DNA from: Vicugna vicugna
Taxonomy: Eukaryota
Assembly (NCBI GenBank): GCA_013265495.1
Contig: MU058451.1
Coordinates: 2,022,167 to 2,086,166, forward strand
DNA: 64,000 bases
Direction of reading: 5' to 3'
Under the pieces are notes generated by a model. It worked only from the letters and a program-made list of their open reading frames with translations, was not told the DNA's origin and made no database searches. This document shows, in pieces, positions 40,875 to 53,368 of this stretch. A program made the position numbers and the translations under genes. How positions within the stretch are numbered: the stretch's first letter is position 1; the number at the start of each line of letters is the position of its first letter.

Positions 40875-41226
40875 ACCTGATTTGTAGGGATTTCCCCCAC
40901 CCCAGAGCACTGTCCACTAAGTCATCTTCTTTCAGGAGGGGCCACCTAAGGCATATCCAGAAAATCCCAAGGCTCCAGAAACCCCATTTGGAAAACCAAA
41001 GAAGGAAGCAATTCTTACTATGGAGATCAAGAAAGTTTTTTTTTTTTAAGAGGATGTAGCTTTTAAACTGAGCCTGATTCAAAATAGTTGTCTACCACAC
41101 AGAACATAGACTGTGAATAGATGCCATTAGAAGGAAAGGGATGTCTGGTGGCCTTTAGACTTGACCTTCCACCTCTCCTTGCAACTGGTGAATATTTTAT
41201 AGGCTACAAAAAATAAGGCATGGCCA

Positions 41227-41877
41227 ATCATTCAAAAATCCACAAATGACAAATGGCTGTGGAGAAAGGGGAACCCTCCTACACTGCTGGTGGGAATAAG
41301 AAACTACCAAAAAAATTTTTGTTTTGTATTTTGCTAGAATTGAGGCGTGAAATACTGGAGCAGGGACATGTGCAATGTGTATATCACATAAAAGAAAAGT
41401 ATAAATTAGTGCTAAGGGCAGTGTGGCTAGTGATTGTATAATCCCCATCATCCTTTTTTTTAACATTTTTTATTGATTTATAATTGTTTTACAATGTTGT
41501 ATCAAATTCCAGTGTAGAGCACAATTTTTCAGTTATACATGAACGTATATATATTCATTGTCACATTTTTTTCTCTGTGGGCTACCATAAGATCTTGTAT
41601 ATATTTCCCTGTGCTATACATTATAATCTTGTTAAAGGGATAGACTGGGATTTCGAAATTGTAGAATAGGTAAACAAGATTATACTGTATAGCACAGGGA
41701 AATATATACAAGATCTTATGGTAGTTCACAGAGAAAATAATGTGACAATGAATATATATATGTGTGTATATATATATATATATATGTTCATGTATAACTG
41801 AAAAATTGTGCTCTACACTGGAATTTGACACAACATTGTAAAATGATTATAAATCAATAAAAAATGTTTAAAAAAAT
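41227..41877 (+). mobile_element. Young 5'-truncated LINE-1 with a chimeric interior (see findings)
   Basis: ORF2 piece 41227-41297 and 3' UTR 41634-41877. 18-bp TSD aaaaataag(g/t)catggcca at 41209-41226 and 41878-41895. Confidence 0.85.
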
Positions 41878-43763
41878 AAAAATAAGTCATGGCCAGAAGC
41901 AGTGACAGGGTGGCCATGTATAAGTCAACAACTGACAAACTTCTACTTAAATGTAAGAAATTCAGACATGAGAATGTTTAGGCTATATATAAAACTTATC
42001 TGAACATTTGTCATAATATAGTTAGTGTGTTTTTATATTTAGACTAAATATCTCAGTGGCTGAATTTTGCCTTGCTAACCCAGAATCACTGTAGACCTAA
42101 GCCTTCATCTGTGAAAACTATTTCTGGAACATATACAATAATATTAGCCATCATTAAATAAGTACCTACTAAGTGCTTTATATATTTAAGCTCTAACCCT
42201 TTATATATTTAAGCTCAACGCTTATTTATAAAATAAGAGTTTTTATAAACTCTTATCTGAAGAGTAGTTGCCTCATAGCTCGGTGACAGAATTGGGATTT
42301 GAGTCCAAAATGTGACCCATTAGCTAAGGTTGTAGTTTAAAATTATGGAATCAGTTATTTTAATATTATTATCAACTGTTTAAGTCACATATAACTTTCA
42401 TATGATAAATAAACATTCACCTAATCAAAAATAGGGTCTTTAATCTTATTTTGAGACAAATCACTTAATTGAAAAATCCACATGATACTTAGAAACCAGT
42501 ATCAATCAATGATCTATCAGTAACCTTAAATTCTATTAAATTTTTAATTATTTAATTAAGGGGTTAATAAAGAGTATCCTAAACTGACAGTAATGATCAG
42601 GCACAATTTATTATATGTCATGTCCTTGTAACAAAGATTTATAACCTTATAAACTTTATAACAAAGACTTGCTGAATAGATTTGCTGCTGATCAGTTGAC
42701 AGTTGATCACCCCAACATACATCCTGGGAGATACCATGAAGTAAACTACTTGAATCCATTCAAAATCGGAATGTGCAAAAAGTAATAACTAAGAGATCAG
42801 AAATCTGTATGTCAGAACTAAGAAAGGCTCTGTATGACCATAACACAGAGCTATACACAGGGACATAAGTTGGCCAAGTCTTGTTAAAAGACTAAGAGTT
42901 CTGTCCTTTTTTGGGAAATGTAAAAGGTAACCTGCCTTCTCTCTCCCATTGATAGAAATTATCCAAAGCTCAGCTTAGGAAACACTAGATCATGTTATCT
43001 TTATACAGATCATCAAAGTAAAATAATAATTAAAATTTAATAATAACTATTATTCTTGCTATTATTATTTGGGGGTAGGAATTATGGCCCAGTACACACA
43101 CATAGACAGACACACATCCCAACAAACATTTTACAAAACACTGCTTACCCTCCTGATATTGGCAATCCTATCCTCGTTGATTTCTGACCTATAAAGGGGT
43201 TGGTACTCACAGTGTGAAAGAGCTGTGCTAAAGAGCTGTTCGTAAGTAGCTGCCACCATGGTCTGGGGGGACCTGCTTACTAGGGGCTTGAATGACAGCG
43301 AGACCAGGATACACAGTACCCTTCCTGGTGGTTTTTATGTAAAAATATTGGTCTATCTAGACAATAGCATGAGAATTTCCTAGCACTTTTTAACTTATAA
43401 ACCACCACTAGGGGAAGTGTTTAAAATCGGGTTTTTTGTTGTTGTTCCACCTTCACGTACAGGTATAGGTCCAATTCTCTCATCTCCTTTATGGCAAATT
43501 TCTTTGAAAACTAATCGCAAATGCTGTCTTGTTTTTATGCATTAAGTTTTAATCACAGCATCTGAAACGTTTTTTGAGAGGGTTGCTTTTTCTCTATATT
43601 ATCATAGTCCAGATAGTGCAGACGCTGATGATCATCACATAAGGTAAGTGTCTTAGTATATAACGACATGACTCCTACAGAAACTACCAAAAAAATTTTT
43701 GTTTTGTATTTTGCTAGAATTGAGGCGTGAAATACTGGAGCAGGGACATGTGCAATGTAATGT

Positions 43764-44046
43764 NNNNNNNNNNNNNNNNNNNNNNNNNNNNNNNNNNNNN
43801 NNNNNNNNNNNNNNNNNNNNNNNNNNNNNNNNNNNNNNNNNNNNNNNNNNNNNNNNNNNNNNNNNNNNNNNNNNNNNNNNNNNNNNNNNNNNNNNNNNNN
43901 NNNNNNNNNNNNNNNNNNNNNNNNNNNNNNNNNNNNNNNNNNNNNNNNNNNNNNNNNNNNNNNNNNNNNNNNNNNNNNNNNNNNNNNNNNNNNNNNNNNN
44001 NNNNNNNNNNNNNNNNNNNNNNNNNNNNNNNNNNNNNNNNNNNNNN
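43764..44046. other. Assembly gap (283 N)
   Basis: Run of N. Confidence 1.
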
Positions 44047-44563
44047 CTATTCTACAATTTCAAAATCCCAGTCTATCCCTTCCCACCCTCCGTCCTCTTG
44101 GCAACCACAAGTTTGTATTCTATGTCTATGAGTCTATTTCTGTTTTGTATTTATGCTTTGTGGGTTTTTTTTTTAGATTCCACATATGAGTGATCTCATA
44201 TGGTATTTTTCTTTCTCTTTCTGGATTACTTCACTTAGAATGACATTCTCCAGGAGCATCCATGTTGCTGCAAATGGCATTATGTTGTCAGTTTTTATGG
44301 CTGAGTAGTATTCCATTGTATAAATATGCCACATCTTCTTTATCCAGTCATCCGTTGATGGACATTTAGGCTGTCTCCATGTCTTGGCTATTGTAAACAG
44401 TGCTGCTATGAACATTGGGATGCAGGTGTCATCCTGAAGTAGGGTTCCTTCTGGATATATGCCCAGGAGCGGGATTCCTGGGTCATATGTTAAGTCTATT
44501 CCTAGTCTTTTGAGGAATCTCCATACTGTTTTCCACAGTGGCTGCACCAAACTGCATTCCCAC
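44047..44563 (-). mobile_element. Young 5'-truncated LINE-1 (intact ORF2 C-terminal frame plus start of 3' UTR); its tail is lost in the N gap
   Basis: Open 125-aa frame [14 protein letters not shown]...MFIAALFTIAKTWRQPKCPSTDDWIKKMW...SLICGI* at 44550-44173. Confidence 0.93.
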
Positions 44564-45086
44564 CCATCATTCTTTTATAATGTAAGTTTCAGGTGTACAG
44601 CAGTATAATTCAACATCTATATACACCAGAAAGTGATCACCAGTGCAATTCTAGTTTCCATCCATCTAAAACTGGGTTAATTTCCCAACGTCAGAGAAAT
44701 TTCTTATTATTCACTTGACCACTTTAATACATTATTCTGTATTGTTTCCTTATTTTTCTCCTACATCCCACTGGTGTAAGTGACTTTTACAGCTTCCGGA
44801 CTCACATGTTCTAACTTGCACTGGGCTGCTATTTAGAATGCAGGTGTTAATTACCTACTTAACAAACCATAGTTATTTACTTCCAACAGTAAATACAACT
44901 TAGTTTCTCCCAATTAAGATCTGTTTTTCCTGCTGACTAAGGTTCCAAACCTCTGTGACTTCCCTCTTCTTTGCAAATAACATGAAGTTCACTTTTGAAG
45001 GGAATATATGTAATGGCTCTTTGAGTTTTCTCAACTCTGCCTCTCATTAAAGACTGGGCCCTTTCACTGAATAATGCAACCGGACC

Positions 45087-45528
45087 GTATTAATTTTTTA
45101 GGGCTTCTGTGACAAAATGCCACAAACTGGGTGGCTTAAAACAACAAAAGTTTATTTTCTCAGTGTTCTGGAGGATGTAAGTCTGAAATCAAGGTGTCTG
45201 AAGGCTCTAGAGAAGAATCCTTCCTTACCTCTTCCTGGCTTCTGATGGTTGCTGTCAATCCTTCCTTGGAATCTGTTGCCTTATATGTGTTGCCACTCCA
45301 ATCTCTGCTTCCACTGTCACATGGCCATCTTCTCTCTGTGTGTCTCTAAGTCTCTCTGGATTTCTTTTAACAACACCAGTTATTGGATTTAGGGTTCACC
45401 CTCATTGAATATGACCTCATCTTAACTAATTACATTTGCAAAGACTATTTCCAAATAAGGTCACATGCTGAGGTTCTGGGTATTCATGAATCTGGGGGGG
45501 TGGGGGGGAGACACAATTCAAACCAGTA
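45087..45528 (-). mobile_element. MaLR solo LTR (MLT1B/C-like)
   Basis: ccacaaactgggtggcttaaaacaacaaaagtttatt...tctgaaatcaaggtgtc...ttccaaataaggtcaca...gacacaattcaa. Confidence 0.85.
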
Positions 45529-46277
45529 TGCTGACTTTCCAAAAGAACTAGACATTTATCTCTAGCAAACTTACCAGTCAGCTGCAGCCAGAGAAATGGG
45601 CTAAATGGCAATTTCATAGGAAAGAATGTGCTAACTTCAAACAGGAAATTGTAAGAATAAAGTTCTTGTACTGCCAAGATTTTATACTAGTTAATAATTT
45701 TGCCCCAAACTCTATAGTCCATGTTTTCTTTTTTTAAATGTTCTTGGATCATAAAAATATTGGCATTTCTATAGAACTTTGTAACTTCCAAAACATTTTC
45801 ACATGCATTAGGTAATTTCATCATCACTACGACATAGTCGTGTAAATGAACTTGTCATGATTAGCCCCAGTTCATGCATGAAGAAATTGAAGCTCCCTAT
45901 CTTGACACAGGTCATGCAGTTAATTTCGCAGTGCGGACCCAGGAGGAAGGTCAAGTTGTCTGACTTCTCATCCAGCATTCCTTCTGCTGCCAAGTTGAAC
46001 TGTATTATGTGTGTTTGAAGCAATGACTGTCAACTGCAGGCTGGGAGCAGAGGTCTGGGCAGGATCGGAGACCACTTCAGCATCATTCGTGAGACTTTTT
46101 TCTGGCTGACTACCTCCACCCACTCCAGACCCTCTGAACAGTTTTGAAAATCCCCACAAGGCCTAACAACCCACCCCTGCCTCCAAAACTGAGATCCACT
46201 GGTTAAAAAAATCTATGGAAGGGCCTCCTTCACTGATTTTTTAAATTTAATTGTGTGGATTTGTGTCTGAGGTCCGG

Positions 46278-46430
46278 ACTTCTCAAACTTTAAAGTGAGT
46301 ATGAACCACTTGGGAATCTTGTGAAAATAGATTTTGACTCAGTGGGCTCTTTGGATGGAGCCTGAGATTGTGCATTTCCAGTAAGCTCCAAGCGATGCTG
46401 CAGGTTCAAGGACCACGTTTTGATTGACAA
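46278..46430 (+). mobile_element. MER5-like hAT MITE
   Basis: ttctcaaactttaa...gcctgagattgtgcatttcc...ggaccacgttttga. Confidence 0.65.
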
Positions 46431-47642
46431 GACCTTAGATAGTCTTCATATGGAACTCAAGGACTCTGTACAGATAACAGAATGAGTCTATGTGATTGTA
46501 GAAAATGCCCACACCAAACAGCCATAAAAAGCAAGACCCCTCTGCCCAGTGAACACCTCCTCAAGACCTAGAAGTACAGAAATGCTTGAACCCATTCAAA
46601 TCATGGGTCTCTGATGGTTGCTGGCAAAACAAGCCAAACAGGAGTCCATTAGAAGACGTTGTTTGTGATGCTTGGCTTCATGCCATGAAGAACACCTGTC
46701 ATTCATGCAACTGAAGCATCAGTGAGCTGCGGCTGCCCACTGGCCCTGGGACAACATGGCAGCCTGCCCCTAGGAGCAGATGCAAGGTGAACCATGCAAC
46801 TTTCTGCAGTCACGGCTGAATTTGGCTCCCATCTAACTTTTCCCTTGGCAGAGCTGCTTCGTTTCAGTGTGACCCTCATTTGTCTTCTGTTTTCTGGCAT
46901 TCTATAACATAGTCTTAATGATGTTGACCCCAAAAGTACTTTTTAGAAGAGGTTTACTGCAGAGATTCATTAAAGGGAAAAATAATGATTGCATTAAGGC
47001 TTTTGTTGTTTTCTTTCTTTGAAACCGCTGGGACACGGTCTTTAGATATGGGGATAATGGTGGAAATAAATCCTTGCAGCTCCCTGTTAATGGTGATTGA
47101 TGAGCTGATGAGGCCGACTAGGTGTCTAAGGAACAAAGCCAGTTTTTAATGGCACTTTAATTCTGGAAATGCAGAAGACTTCCTTGCAGAAATTGGAAGT
47201 TAGAGTGGATGAGAAATAATTCAACAAATGAGTGTGCGTTCAGGGACCAGCTAGCATAAATGGGTTCTTAAACTAGTCTTTGCCCTGTGTGATTTCGGAG
47301 CGTACACTTTAGGTTAAATTTTACAAAAGAAAAATTGTTCTGGCAAATAATATAATGTGTGTCTCTTAAGGTTTTCATGGGCCAATAGACTGTTGTTTAA
47401 CTCTAAGAAAAAGATTTCTCTGTTTCTACTTCAAAACCTGAAGTTCTTATTAGAATTTTTTAATGTGAGGAAATATTTTCAAAGACAGATGATGATTTAA
47501 GTCAAAGGTCACTTGAGGTTTCTACCTGTGTAAGATAATAATGGAGATCTGTCAGGGCTACTGAATCTTCCTGGTAAACTCAATCATAAACATGGCAGAG
47601 TCTCCTTCCCCACAGCAAGGAAGGCTGAGATTCCACCTTGTA

Positions 47643-47794
47643 CAGTGGCCCCTCGGCATCTGTAGGGGATGGGTCCAGGATGCCCGCAGGTACCAAAATC
47701 TACAGGTGCTTAAGATGGGTATGTAAAGTAGTGTAGGACACCACCCCAACCCCGCTCCAGGGATGCAGAACCTGCGGATACGGAGGGTCGACTG
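47643..47794. mobile_element. TcMar-Tigger MITE (MER2/MER8-like, internally deleted)
   Basis: TA TSD at 47641-42 and 47795-96; imperfect terminal inverted repeats cagtggcccctcggcatctg / cggatacggagggtcgactg. Confidence 0.82.
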
Positions 47795-47974
47795 TAAGTG
47801 TTTTTATAACCTATTCCCTTCCTGCCCTGTCCTGCCTCCACTGCAGTGGAGACTTCTCTTCTTGTCTTCATTCGCACCCCTACTCCATCCAGTCAGTCCC
47901 ACACATCCCAGTTTGTGCTCTCTCTAAATGCACATCTGATGGTGCCATTCCCTAGCCTAAAATGTCCATGGCTC

Positions 47975-48376
47975 TTACTCCTCAAGCTTTAGTGAGCGTG
48001 GGGATCATGTAGGGGGCTTGTTGAAACACAGATTGAGGGAGGGTACAGCTCAAGTGGTAGAACGCTTGCTTAGCATGCATGAGGTCCTGGGTTCAATCCC
48101 CAGTACCTCCTCTAAAAATAAATAAACAAACCTAATTACCTGCCCCTGCCCCCGACCAAAAAAAAGAAAGGAAAAGAAAGAAAGAAAGAACAAATGAAAT
48201 AAAGACATTTAAAAAGAGAGAGAGGGAAATCTTAAAAAAAAAATTTAAAAAAAACTACAGATTGCTGGGGGTCTGATAATAGGTATGGAGTAAGGGCTAG
48301 AAAATTTGCATTTCTCACAAGTTACCACGTAATGCTGATGCTACTGGTCCGGGGACCATACTGTGATGAAAACTGG
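47975..48376 (+). mobile_element. MER5A hAT MITE split by a SINE
   Basis: gggcttgttgaaacacagattg|SINE|ctggg...aatttgcatttctcacaagtt...gatgctactggtccggggacca. Confidence 0.8.
48036..48256 (+). mobile_element. tRNA-Ala-derived SINE (Vic-1-like) nested in a MER5A
   Basis: Typical head and tail with long A/GAAA tail. TSD core acagattg at 48028-48035 and 48257-48264. Confidence 0.9.
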
Positions 48377-50235
48377 TCTTCAGAAGGAAGGCCACCAAAG
48401 TCGCCATCAATGCATCCAGCACCCTTCAGAATTTGTCCGTTGTATAACTTCCCAGAAGCACCCCACCCCACCCCCCAAGCCCTGTGCCTCCACCCACATC
48501 CAGTCACATCGGACTACTCAGTCCCCAGAAACCAGGGCTCTTGCAAGCTTGTGAAAGTTGTGCGCTGTCCAAATGACAGAGGCATCATTCACATGCTAAC
48601 CTCTGTACTGGTACCCTCTGCAGCTGACCTACACCTTTACGTGCAGCATCACCACCGACTCCTCTGGATGCCCTCAGTCATACCAAATTGCCTGGAACTT
48701 TCTGAGCAAACCACGTGTTCTGGGCTTTGAAGCTTCACCTTTCCTGTCCTTTTAGCCTGTCCTGCCCTTTAACCCCTTTTCTGCATGGAAACTTCTACCC
48801 ATCCTTTACGGCCTCCCTCTCAGAAAGACTGATGATTAGAATTGACCTTACAGCAAAGGAAACATTTTTCCAAAAGTAAAAGAAAGGATGTTATAGAATC
48901 TGAAGAGACCTGTACATACCCTGGTGTTCAAAATCCTGTGTGTTCAAAATCTGTTTTTTCTCCCTCAGGTTTTCAGGAATTATCTTTTTAAAGAACTAGA
49001 AGATGGATAACAAAGAGAAAAGGGAGGGAATTTTCTTTTTGTTTTCTTATTTTGTTTTAGGTCTTCACACATGCAAGATGTTTATTGTACAGACATGGTA
49101 TTTTAACACATTATACTGGTAAATAAATGTTAAATGGATATGCAACATTCTTAAGTTTACAGTTTTATGAATTTTTATGACTTTTCTTTGATGTCTTACT
49201 TTAGGTTTCATGGAACAGTGACGTGTGTGTGTGTGTGTATTTTTTAGTAGATAACCTACATTATTAATTTTTCTCAGTGGCTTAACATTTTATTGCAGAA
49301 ATCTGAATCCACCCAGATCTATACATGGAATTACCACTTTATTCACTGGCTGGATTAACTGCAGACTCCAAGTCATACTCAGGGGAAAAAAAATGTGATA
49401 TAGAATGAATGCAGCATTTTTCTTTAAGAAAAACGTATCCTGTGAAGGTAAAGCCCAAAGCTAATATATAGTCAAAAGCAGGCTTCTCAGAGAATCAGGT
49501 TAAAAAAAAAAAAGCAGTCTGCTCAGCAAAATGAAAAAAAGAAAAAGAAAGGATTAATAAAAAGTACAGAGCTTCACCCAGGGAAAGATATGTTGCTGAA
49601 CTTGTAAAGCTGGTCTGTTATCACAAAATGGACTATTTGTCCCAGGAATTTCTATTGTGAAAGGGAAGTCTATTGCTGGTTAAAGCGTTTAGGCTGACTT
49701 TGGGCCATGTGGAAGCAAGAGAAAATGACTAAGAACATGTCTTATTCTTCTCTGGTGATTAGGAAATGCGTGGTTTCTTCAAGGTCTCTTCTCCTTTCCT
49801 CCTGTTCTATGCGCTTCTCCCTTCTCTTCTGGTGATTCATTTATTCAGAATAGATTTGTGAGGTGTCTGCTCTGTGTGAGGCACTGTAAGAAAGTCTGTA
49901 GAAGAGGGGTAGTCATTCCCTTCCGTGATTCTAAAATTCCATTCAAGAAACAAAACTATCTTATGGGAAATTGTCAGGTGATTCATTGCAAGGTTGTATG
50001 GGTGTAGCAGATCAATACTCCAGCAAACTTAAGCTAAAAAAGGGGGAAAGAGGAGAGACACCTTATTGGAAGGTCCAGGTCCAACGCAGAAAATAAGGAG
50101 CTTTGTCGCTCCTCCTTCCCAGCAACTCCTAATCTCCAAGTCTCTCAGTTCAAACTTCAGATTTGCAGGAGGAAGAGAATCTGACTGGGCCAGCCTGGAG
50201 CAAGGATTGTCCCCTGGATCAGCATTCCAAGGAGG

Positions 50236-50380
50236 TAAGGTTGCCAGATCAAATACAGAATGCCTAGTGAATTTCATATAAATGACAATACATTTTTAGG
50301 CTAGAAATGCCCCATCCAAAAACTTGATTCAAGGATAACTGGGCATCCTGTATCTTTATTTCCTAAATCTGGCAATCCTG
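50236..50380. mobile_element. Palindromic hAT MITE (MER53-like)
   Basis: Terminal inverted repeats ggttgccagat...atctggcaatcc; perfect 8-bp TSD caaggagg at 50228-50235 and 50381-50388. Confidence 0.82.
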
Positions 50381-51230
50381 CAAGGAGGCAGCTCTCAGAG
50401 TGCAGAATGCAGTTGACAGTGTGAGTTGAAGTAACTGCGTGAAGTGTCCGTGGCACCTTCTGTGCATTTGGTAACCCAGGAAATAGAGACTACAAGCATT
50501 CAGAGGAGAGAGGCCACTGTAGCCGGGAGTGCCAAGGAAGGCTGGATTTGGGCAGATGGAGGACAGTGGAGGGAGGCAGTACCTGATGGGGTGAAGGGAA
50601 CTGACATGCCTAGCAAGCAGCGAGGGTCGCAGCCTGGCTGGAGGGGGAGTTCAAGCCAATTTAACCACCAAGGGTGAGTAATAGGGAACGGAAACATGAA
50701 ACTAGCTGGAAAACGCAGGAAAGTAAACCAGTCTTTACAAGGGCCTCAAATGTGGCTCAGTTACTGCTTCCTCACACTACGCTGGGGATGAGTCCCAGTG
50801 ACACATGATTAACAAACCACTGATACCTGTTTTTCGAGAGTAATATGTGTGGATCTTTATTTTCCTCTTGCTCACTTCCCTGCATTCACTTCAGCTCAGC
50901 TAAGTGGGAGAGGTGGCCTCTTAGGAGGTTGGTAGCTGTTAAGAAAAGTCCCATTTAGGGAATTCTTGATTCATTTGCACCAAGTAGTAGAACCTTCTCC
51001 TTACGGCCATCTAAATTATGCCACGCACATGAATACACTGTTTGTAGGATGATGAAAGGAGCACCATCTAGGCACTGGAGTCACACAAAGCATAAGGAAC
51101 TGGATTCTTCTCATGGCTCAACAGTAACAGGTATATGATTTATGAAGTTCTCAAATAAGTATAATAATTTACACTTTTTAGCACCCTACAGTTTGCAAAG
51201 TGCTATCATGTACTTTATTTTATTTGTTCT

Positions 51231-51758
51231 TGTATTAGAATTCTCCAGAGAAACAGAACCAATAGAATATATATATACACACATAAATATATATAGGTGT
51301 GTGTATGTGTATTTATATACATATAGAGGCAGACAGACAGACAGACAGACAGACATTAAGGAGTTGGCCTCACACAATTGTGAGGATTGGCAAGTCTGAA
51401 ATCCACAGAGCAAGAGAGCAGGCTGAAAAGTCAGAGAGCAGTTGATGTTGCAGTCTTGAGATCAAAATCCACAGAGCAGGCCAGGAAGACTAGAAACTCA
51501 AGCAGGGTTTCTGTGTTACTATCTTGAGGCAGAATTCCTCCCTCTTTGGGAGACGTGTCTTCTTCTTAAGACCTTCAACTGATTGGACGAGGCCCACCCC
51601 ACGTTAGGGAGGATAATCTCAAATAGACTCAAAGTCTATTGATGTAAACGTTAATCACATCTAAAAAAAAATACCTTCACAATCCCTTGACAGCTATTTG
51701 ATCAGACACCTGGGCAACCACAGCCTAGCCAAGTTGGCATATAAAATTAACCAGCACA
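51231..51758 (-). mobile_element. ERVL solo LTR (MLT2-like) inserted into a MIR
   Basis: TG...CA termini, 5-bp TSD gttct/gtcct, ttctccagagaaacagaaccaatag with internal (TA)/(CAGA) microsatellite, cagcctagccaagttggcatataaaattaacc. Confidence 0.88.
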
Positions 51759-53154
51759 GTCCTCAAAACAATGCTGTTGAGGTAAGCAAAACAAGTATTT
51801 ATTTCCTACATTTTTAATATGGGAATGCTGAGTCCCAGAAAATTTAACTGTGGTGCCAGTCCTCAAAACTAATACAGTGACCAGAACCAGGATTTTTCAG
51901 ATGTTTCAACTCTAAATCCCATACTACTCCCATCCGTCCACCACCAGGCACAGTAGAATCCTTGAATCTTTGTTTCTTTATCTATAAAGTGAGAAATGGC
52001 ATACTTCAAAGATTTCTTCTAACTTGAGTGTTCTGTGATTTTTTTTTTTTTACAGTCTAAGCAAGTTAAATGAAATCCTGTTCAAAGGATACCTTCCACT
52101 AATTCTCTTTGGTCCTCCCCACCCCGACCCCAAATCTGTCATTCACACACTAAGAAGAGCCTAAACATTTATGTTGTACTTTCTTTCAGGAGTTAGTAGA
52201 GGCAGTAATGTTTGTGTTCCACCAAGCTTGGCCCATCTCCATTTTCACTCTCAAGCTTCTAAAGACTTTGTAAGAACAAATTGCCTACAAAGAGGCTGTC
52301 TAATCCTTGGAGTGGGTGTAAGATTAAAGGTGTCTCCATCTCATTGTTGCTCCTTTCATTGCAGAGTTACTATGAATAAGATTAAAGCTCCGCTCACCAG
52401 CCTTCTACCTAATGACTTGCTTCCTAAAATCTAATCTTTTAAAATAAGAAATATAGCATGACTAGTGAAACAAAGCTCATTTCAGGAGATACCAAGAACA
52501 GATTAAAACAGTATCTTCTAGTCTGAAGATAGCCCAAAGTTCTACTCTCAAAAAATTGGTTTTGCATGTGAGAATTAAAAAACCAAAGGAAGAGTTTGAT
52601 AGCACATAAGACTGGGTGTCGTCTCACATCCCTCCCCACCCGAAATGCAAGTCATTGTGCGGACTGCGGGCTGACATCAGCTTGTGTGGGGGTGACCAAG
52701 TCTTTTCACACCCCTCATTTCACAGTCCACGAATGGGCGGGTGTAGGGGTAGGGATTGAATTTCTGGGGTCCTGTCACCCACAGGTCCAAAATAAATAAA
52801 AATCAACCGACCCTTCCAGCGATGCTCACTCTTTGCATGCGTCACGTGGGGTTAGTCTGTTAGGGATGCATGCTTATATGTGCAAATCGGAGAATCAGCA
52901 CAGAATCCCTTTTGTACTGGGAGGGCAAGGGGATCTTTGGGAGAAGAAAGGGCTGGCCGTCAACCAGCGGCCCCCAGCCTTAGAGGAGAGCATTTTGTGT
53001 TCAAGGAACATGAGATGGTAGAGCTGCAAACCGCCCAAGACACTTCTTCCTCTGGTGCAAATCACAGGGTTTATACTCTGGTTTGCTTCATCCAGTAGTC
53101 TTCTTGGGAAATAGCTAGAAATAGAAGATGGGTAAAGAATAGAAGATTTATAAA

Positions 53155-53368
53155 TGTGTAACTGAATCACCATGCTGTACACCAGAAATTAACACAACAT
53201 TGTAAACCAACTATACTTCAATTTAAAAAAATTTTTTATGAAAATGAATATATGTATGTATATGTAAGACTGAGACATTGTACTGTACACCAGACATTGA
53301 TACATTGTAATTGACTGTACTTCTAATTGACTGTAATTCAATTAAAAAGTTTTTTTAATAAAAAAAAT
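53155..53368 (+). mobile_element. Two tandem LINE-1 extreme 3' ends of different subfamilies, the second apparently inserted in the A-tail of the first
   Basis: ctgtacaccagaaattaacacaacattgtaaaccaactatacttcaat, then tgtacaccagacattgatacattgtaattgactgtac; each followed by an A-rich tail. Confidence 0.75.

Noticed and set aside
42176..42256. Short direct repeat and 10-bp-stem hairpin (ataagagttt-ttat-aaactcttat)
   Set aside because: AT-rich microduplication within a decayed MIR-like sequence; too small to imply function. Similar microduplications occur near 28995, 48925 and 54664.
43699..44193. ORFs of 134-164 aa spanning the gap
   Set aside because: Artefacts of translating N runs.
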